DNA from: Candidatus Hydrogenedentota bacterium | GTDB taxonomy: Bacteria > Hydrogenedentota > Hydrogenedentia > Hydrogenedentales > JAEUWI01 | Direction: 5' to 3' | Length of the DNA stretch: 64,000 nt | Assembly: GCA_034669905.1 (NCBI GenBank) | Contig: JAXMOL010000004.1 | Location: 1-64,000 of the forward strand | Part shown: in pieces, positions 63,318-64,000 of the stretch | How positions within the stretch are numbered: the stretch's first letter is position 1 | Layout: every line of letters starts with the position of its first letter | Made by a program: the position numbers and the translations under genes | Notes under the pieces: model-generated | What the model saw: only the letters and a program-made list of their open reading frames with translations | Database searches by the model: none | Told to the model about the DNA's origin: nothing

Positions 63318-64000
63318 CAGGTCTCCTTAATCCGATAGAGGATTTCTCCCGCATTGTGGACGACAAGGATACCCTCGTCCTCCCGGTTCTCATAGGCGGC
63401 TACATCGATGGTAGTGATGTCCCGGTATCCCAGGTTAATGGAGGTGCAGACTTCTTCCGGAATCGAGGTCGCCAGGGTAACGTTGACCCGGGGGGTCTCC
63501 ACCCCGTCTTCATAGTGCCCCGCACCCTTCACGTGGGTGGAATGTGCCTTGATCGTGCCTGGAATATCTTTGAAGCGTTCGGTCTGTTTGGTGAAGTAAT
63601 CCCGCACGTGGTAGCCGACCTGCTTGATCAATTTGTCGTGGGTTACGCTGACCTCGTGGATGTGGTCTCCGTAGATAATCAGTTCTCCGCCATCGGCCAC
63701 CACCGGCTCCAGTTTGTACATGCACTTGCCTGCCACCCAGATCTCGTCATACATGGGCGGCGCCAGGGCCAGCACCGTGTGGAAGGGCTTATCTTTGTAG
63801 ACGATATGGGTCTCTTTGGAGAGATCGGCCGCGGCGCTCCAAGCGTCCAGCGGTTTCCCGTAAAAGACAGCACGGGTGTCTTTGCGTTTTACCGTGAGAC
63901 AGAAACATCGGGTATCCACGGGTACCAGACTGGCTGCCTTGTTGATCACCGCGCGCACGGGCGTGTCTTTTGTCCCGTTGATACTGTAATTGGTAATCAA
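63317..64000 (-). CDS. Lactate racemase (LarA) superfamily protein, C-terminal part (5'-partial)
   Basis: K..YKLEPVVADGGELII, HSTHVKG, VTLAT and NLGY motifs. The ORF runs off the window edge. Confidence 0.7.
   Translation of the reverse strand: MITNYSINGTKDTPVRAVINKAASLVPVDTRCFCLTVKRKDTRAVFYGKPLDAWSAAADLSKETHIVYKDKPFHTVLALAPPMYDEIWVAGKCMYKLEPVVADGGELIIYGDHIHEVSVTHDKLIKQVGYHVRDYFTKQTERFKDIPGTIKAHSTHVKGAGHYEDGVETPRVNVTLATSIPEEVCTSINLGYRDITTIDVAAYENREDEGILVVHNAGEILYRIKET

Overview
This is a gene-dense chromosomal window of roughly 59% GC (estimated by eye) from a diderm, LPS-making bacterium. It carries about 59 CDS, and I found no rRNA, tRNA, CRISPR array, transposase, integrase or phage module. 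The PEP-CTERM gene, the planctomycete-type PSD1/cytochrome c plus DUF1501 pair and the tandem AlgE-like porins suggest a Hydrogenedentota-like or PVC-related lineage; this is inference only. Most genes are housekeeping: xth, glgA, tsaE, hisBH, gatCAB, rsfS, pyrG, kdsB, pncC, dnaE, purB, gnd, a PPi-type PFK, and LPS glycosyltransferases and kinases. The most novel-looking element is a self-contained unit at about 18.45-19.12 kb. It has an AT-rich promoter with phased TTACA repeats, a roughly 190-nt structured leader, two paralogous micro-proteins (41 and 70 aa) and a strong intrinsic terminator. The micro-proteins share a basic leader-like segment, a QSNFQxK motif and an amphipathic helix. The unit converges on an atypical Hanks kinase (HHD/DFS motifs) encoded at the end of gatCAB-rsfS. 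Other highlights are an archaeal-type IMP cyclohydrolase PurO next to purB, a MinD/FlhG-like ATPase coupled to an elongated bactofilin, a periplasmic binding protein coupled to a helical-sensor hybrid kinase, and a LarA-like/PFK/gnd/2-hydroxyacid reductase cluster that may encode a sugar-acid route. All family calls come from motif recognition, not database searches.
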